DNA of 64,000 nt from Macrostomum lignano. Its lineage: Eukaryota. Numbering within the stretch: position 1 is the stretch's first letter; each line of letters opens with the position of its first letter. The notes below the pieces were generated by a model that saw only the letters and a list, made by a program, of their open reading frames with translations, was not told the origin of the DNA and did no database searches. This document shows positions 59,141 to 64,000 of this stretch, in pieces. The stretch is taken from the NCBI GenBank assembly GCA_002269645.1, contig NIVC01000094.1, positions 310,001 through 374,000 of the forward strand, read 5' to 3'. Both the position numbers and the translations under genes were made by a program.

Positions 59141-59425
59141 AGTTAGAAATTGCACAGACTATGCTATGCAAGCTAGTTTTAATTGACTGGTGCTAAGTCA
59201 GACGCAAAAAGGTGGCAGAAGCGAGGCAAAACCTAAGGCGGAGGATAAATTCTTAATAATTTTATGAACTCATCCAACTGATTCAAGCAGTTTGAGTCTC
59301 GCTGAATGCACAGCAGATAAAAGGCTAAGAGAATTAATGAAATGCGCAAATTATTTTGCTAACAGAATCCTGGCACAGCTCCAGCTCAATCGCCAGGTTG
59401 AAGGCCATAGCAACTAGTCGAGTCT

Positions 59426-59975
59426 TCAGTCGGTCTTCTTAGCGGCCCCGGGTCGCAGCGGGTTCTTCGTGCACTCGTTATACAGCTCGGCCAGCCCGAA
59501 GGCCGACACGAGATTGTCGTAGCTGAACACGAACCTGGCCACGCGCTTCTTGGCGCCCACAAGCGGCCGCCTGTCCACCTCCTTGTTGGCTTTGAACAGC
59601 GCCACGGTGGGCAGCTGGCGGCTCCAGCCGCTCTGGTCGATGCCGTACTTTTCAGCCACTTTCGGGTACTTGGTGACGTCCAGTTTGCCAAAGCGCAGAT
59701 TGTCCAGCCCGTAGTCATTTGACAGGCGGGCGAACACCGGGGCGAGGTCGGCGCACGGCGGCGACCACACGGCGTAGAACTCAATCAGCCAGTAGACCCG
59801 GGGGTCGCAGGATTTCAGCTCCTCCTCAAGGGTTTTGTCGTTGAAATACACGATGGTGTCGGGGCCGCGGTACACCGGCTGGCGAAGGAGCGAAGCCTGA
59901 GAATCCGAGAATGGGCAGTTGACTCGCAGCCTGTCTGTCTGTCTGCCTTAGTGTCTGTCTGTCTGTCTGCTTTAG

Positions 59976-60008
<33 letters not shown>

Positions 60009-60039
60009 GCATTAGTGTCTGTCTGTCTGTCTGCTTTAG

Positions 60040-60072
<33 letters not shown>

Positions 60073-60103
60073 GCATTAGTGTCTGTCTGTCTGTCTGCTT
60101 TAG

Positions 60104-60148
<45 letters not shown>

Positions 60149-61234
60149 GCCTTAGTGTCTGTCTGTCTGTCTGCTTTAGTGTCTGTCTGTCTGTCTGTCT
60201 GTCTGCCTTAGTGTCTGTCTGTCTGTCTGTCTGTCTGTTAGCCTTAGTGTCGCCTTAGTGTCTGTCTGTCTGTCATTCTTAGTGTTTGCCTTAGTGTCTG
60301 TCTGTCTGTCTGTCATTCTTAGTGTTTGCCTTAGTGTCTGTCTGTCTGTCTGTCATTCTTAGTGTCTGTCTGTCTGTCTGTCTGTCTGTCTGCCTTAGTG
60401 TCTGTCTGTCTGTCTGCTTTAGTGTCTGTCTGTCTGTCTGTCTGTCTGCCTTAGTGTCTGTCTGTCTGTCTGTCTGTTAGCCTTAGTGTCTGCCTTAGTG
60501 TCTGTCTGTCATTCTTAGTGTTTGCCTTAGCGTCTGTCTGTCTGTCTTAGTGTCTGCCTTAGTGTCTGTCTGTCTTAGTGTCTGCCTTAGTGTCTGCCTT
60601 AGTGTCTGTCTGTCTGTCATTCTTAGTGTTTGCCTTAGTGTCTGTCTGTCTGTCTGTCATTCTTAGTGTTTGCCTTAGCGTCTGTCTGTCTGTCTTAGTG
60701 TCTGCCTTAGTGTCTGTCTGTCTTAGTGTCTGCCTTAGTGTCTGCCTTAGTGTCTGTCTGTCTGTCATTCTTAGTGTTTGCCTTAGCGTCTGTCTGTCTG
60801 TCTTAGTGTCTGTCTTAGTGTCTGCCTTAGTGTCTGTCTGTCTGTCTGTCTTTCTGCCTGTCTTAAAGAGATTAAACACTTACCTGCACAAGCCAGACGA
60901 TGGCATAAGCGACAGCGTAAACCGGGTTCTCCTGGAAGAACATCACCATATTGGACATCTTGGCGTACATACAGAAGTTGGTGAGATAGCTGGCCACCGT
61001 GGGCTGGCGCTTGTTTTTAAAGACAATAACGCATCCAAGAAAGGTGAAGATCTCCCACTGGCGCAGCTCGAGTAGGCAGTTATCGAACAGAAAGTCGCAT
61101 ACCGGAGGCAGCGTTTTGGTTATGATGAAAGCGCCAGCCATTAGGAAGTTGGCCAGGAAGTAGGGATGCATCAGGGTCAGGGCCTGGTCCACAGCGGACT
61201 GGCTGACCAGAGATCTCAGGCTTGGCAGCGCCAT
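59426..61234 (-). CDS. TMX2: Thioredoxin-related transmembrane protein 2, 273 aa, 2 exons
   Basis: Exons 61234-60884 and 59896-59426 (phase 0). Motifs [41 protein letters not shown] (SxxC) and FGKLDV.KY...QLPT match TMX2. Confidence 0.93.
59930..60860. repeat. (TCTG)n-derived array with recurrent CTTAGTGT, filling the TMX2 intron
   Basis: Tetranucleotide run organised into longer compound units. Confidence 0.95.
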
Positions 61235-61279
61235 GAATATTGTTAGCAATGTTGAGCTTTATAAAATAAAATTAGTTTA

Positions 61280-61665
61280 GGCAGCGGATGCGGTGGTGGC
61301 TGATGTGTACATTGGGGTAGGCGATAGATGGGGTGGTGGCTGATGCGCAAATTAGGACAGGCGGTAGATGGGGTGGTGGCTGATGTGTACATTAGGGCAG
61401 GCGGTAGATGGGGTGATGGCTGATGCGTAAATTCCGGCAGGCGGTAGATGGGGTGGTGGCTGATGCGTAAATTCCGGCAGGCGGTAGATGGGGTGGTGGC
61501 TGATGCGTAAATTCCGGCAGGCGGTAGATGGGGTGGTGGCTGATGTGTACATTAGGGCAGGCGATAGATGGGGTGGTGGCTGATGTGTACATTGGGGCAG
61601 GCGATAGATGGGGTGGTGGCTGATGTGTACATTGGGGCAGGCGGTGGATGGGGTGGTGGCTGATG
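61280..61665. repeat. 40-bp minisatellite just upstream of TMX2 (about 9-10 copies)
   Basis: Unit GCAGGCGGTAGATGGGGTGGTGGCTGATGTGTACATTGGG and variants. Confidence 0.93.
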
Positions 61666-63425
61666 AATTTGTATATATTAGTAAATATTCAAAAGAACAA
61701 ATCAACCATGCCATCTTTTTTGTTATGCATATAAAGACGTATGTATTTTCCATTTGATTGTAATGCATGGAAAAATTACATTGGGAAATTGAACAGAAAA
61801 AAACTTCAATAACTTAGTTCGATCGACGCTAAACTTTAACAAATTTGGGAAATTATCACACAAACACATTAGATACGAGCTCACACCCTTACACATGCAG
61901 ACAAAAAACCTTTGCTTTAAGTTATACATAAGATGAATCAAGGATCTGCGAACTCAAATACATGCAGAGTCCTTACCGAACGGACAGAACTGTCGGGGGT
62001 ATTTATGGGAGATGAATTGCAACATCAACATCAGCGAATATGATGCAGATCTGGGATTAACAGGGGCGCGGCTTTGGAGATTAGGCTTACAAATTTAGCA
62101 AATGACTATGCGAAAGCATGAAACAAGCAAGACAAGGCACCCAGTCTCTGCTGTATGAAATTCAACAACAGAAATCAATGGGAGCCATCAGTAATTGGAT
62201 CCAACAGGCAATAGCGACACACGGGCCACAGTAGCACAGAGAGAATGTGACTTGATCTGTGTACTCATTACAGAGGTGTGGTTAGTGTTGTGTCATTGCG
62301 GTTAATAAATAAGCAACAGTTAGCTGGGGCATGGCAGACTTACAGGTGACCTATGCATGCACGTAGATATGGTACGTCCGTATGCAGGATTTGGGACAAT
62401 TAAAGCAGCAATACCAGTTATTAAAAACTATAGTTTCTAGGCGGGCGAATTGATCAAAATCAGTTATAACAAATTATGTGATAAAGCAGATTTTTTTGAA
62501 AATGTTTCTCGAGTGGAAAAATGTTGCAAAAATGTACAGCCAGGGAACACTGGAAATACACGAACAGTGCGGGGGGGCATTGCGTAAGGCCGATAGATCT
62601 GGGCCGGTTGCTAGGATATTCCTATAGCGAACACGAGTGTTCTGTAAAAAACTTTAATAGCAGATAAATCGATTATAAATATAAGCAGAGAGACAGGAAA
62701 GACTAAAAGTTCACGGTTGAATATGTAGAGGGCCGGGGGCACAGAGCCGGGACGCGCTGTTCGAGAAGTGAAAAGCGCCCGTGTCTTGCATTCTTTCGCA
62801 TATTTAATTTGATTATTAAATATTCAAATATTATCAATCAGCTCGAGTACACAGGCGGCAGACAGCCCACAAGTAAGTAGTGTAACAATATGAAGCAAAC
62901 AATGGAGAGGATAGCAAGCACGGTGAGAACTAATCTAATAACCTACGACATGAGCATACCTGCATAATGAATCTAATATTATTATATATAGTAAATAATA
63001 CTATTATAATGGATCGGTGCGCAGCTGACGGCCGGCGCAACACGGTGATTAAATCAAAGAAACCTTGCAGATCGAGAGTACAAATTAGGGGCATTATAAG
63101 CAAGTAAAACAAACAAACAAATAAGCAGAAATTTGAAAAAAATCAATGCACAAAATTAAATTAACAGAAAGAGACAGAAACATTGCAACAGCAAAATGGT
63201 TGGAGGGACCGACGCCTCGCTCTTATATAAATAAATAAATTTGTGTGTTTTTTCATTTTGTTAACTTGAAAATGTTTGAAAATTGCTTTTTTTCTTCTTC
63301 GGGCAAAAATATGAAACTCTGCTTGTTAATTCTCTGTCCAGCTAAAGCAGCCGCTCTTTACTCAGCTGTGTTGCAGTCTGTTGTGTTGTGAAAGCGCCAG
63401 ACAGATAAGATTAGAGCCAGCCAGC

Positions 63426-63679
63426 TCAGGCCTGATGCGACCGCTGCAGGTGGTTGCGCAAGTTGCCGAGCCGGACATAGGACTTGCCGCAGTGAGGACA
63501 CCTGTGCTGCCTGTGCGCCTGCAGCTGCTGCTGCTGACTCGGCTGACCCGGCTGCTGCAGCTGCTGCATCTGGCGGTGCAGCGCCGAGTCATCCAGCGCC
63601 GAAGCCAGCCCGTACGCAGCGCCGGGCATCAGGGAGGTGTGCATGGACACCGGCGGCTGATTGGCTGTCACGCAGCCCA

Positions 63680-63710
<31 letters not shown>

Positions 63711-64000
63711 TTGAAGCTGCGGCGGAAGCAGCTGCTGGGCGGAAGACACGCCGCTGCCACCGCCGCCGCTGTTGCCAAGGAATGTGCTGAGGTAGAGCTT
63801 CTTAGGCGGCGGCGGAGAAGCGAAATGATGCTGAGTGTTGGGCTTGGCCCGGGTGCAGTGCAGGCGGTAGTGCAGGTCGGGGTCCGTGTGCATGGCCACG
63901 TGCATCTCTAATGAGGAGGCGTAGGCGAAGCGGGCGGCGCACAGCTGGCAGCGGTACAGCTCGTCCATGGCGTGCACCCGCTCGTGAAAGTCGCGCTGCT
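63426..64000 (-). CDS. C2H2 zinc-finger protein, 3' part (5' end beyond window)
   Basis: The frame is open to the window edge: ...HERVH, then YRCQLCAARFAYASSLEMHVAMH, a Q-rich linker, and HRCPHCGKSYVRLGNLRNHLQRSH. Confidence 0.85.

Noticed and set aside
53120-59171. Pro/Ser/Leu-rich ORFs at 53120, 55952, 56064 and 58371
   Set aside because: Translations of minisatellites; the COPS4 model splices over those in its introns.
60877-60887. ACTTACCTG resembling the U1 snRNA 5' end
   Set aside because: It is simply the reverse complement of the TMX2 splice donor.

Overview
Eukaryotic (metazoan) genomic DNA, very rich in tandem repeats. The GC-rich exons, the (GATA)n/(GACA)n tracts and the many private minisatellites suggest a flatworm such as Macrostomum; this is an inference only. 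I reconstructed spliced gene models by hand. On the + strand, 3.9-26.4 kb: a coiled-coil/NHL-like propeller gene, the PP2A catalytic subunit (with a GC-AG first intron), a 30-bp-repeat ORF and protein disulfide isomerase. On the - strand, 28.2-64 kb: a tandem IL-17-like cystine-knot protein, a synaptotagmin-7-like C2AB gene, SSUH2, MBOAT7, COPS4, TMX2 and a C2H2 zinc-finger gene cut by the window edge. Mobile DNA comprises a P-superfamily-like THAP element (308-bp TIRs, 8-bp TSD, no transposase core), a 599-bp MITE with a 9-bp TSD and a 2.2-kb foldback element. About 25 micro- and minisatellite arrays fill introns and gene flanks. The most striking patterns are: (i) a different private minisatellite ends within about 70 bp of the start codon of four consecutive co-oriented genes, and most of their introns are also array-filled; (ii) the KP-like THAP-only element; (iii) the two-domain IL-17-like protein. 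No rRNA, tRNA or CRISPR array was found. Most ORFs in the track are repeat artefacts.
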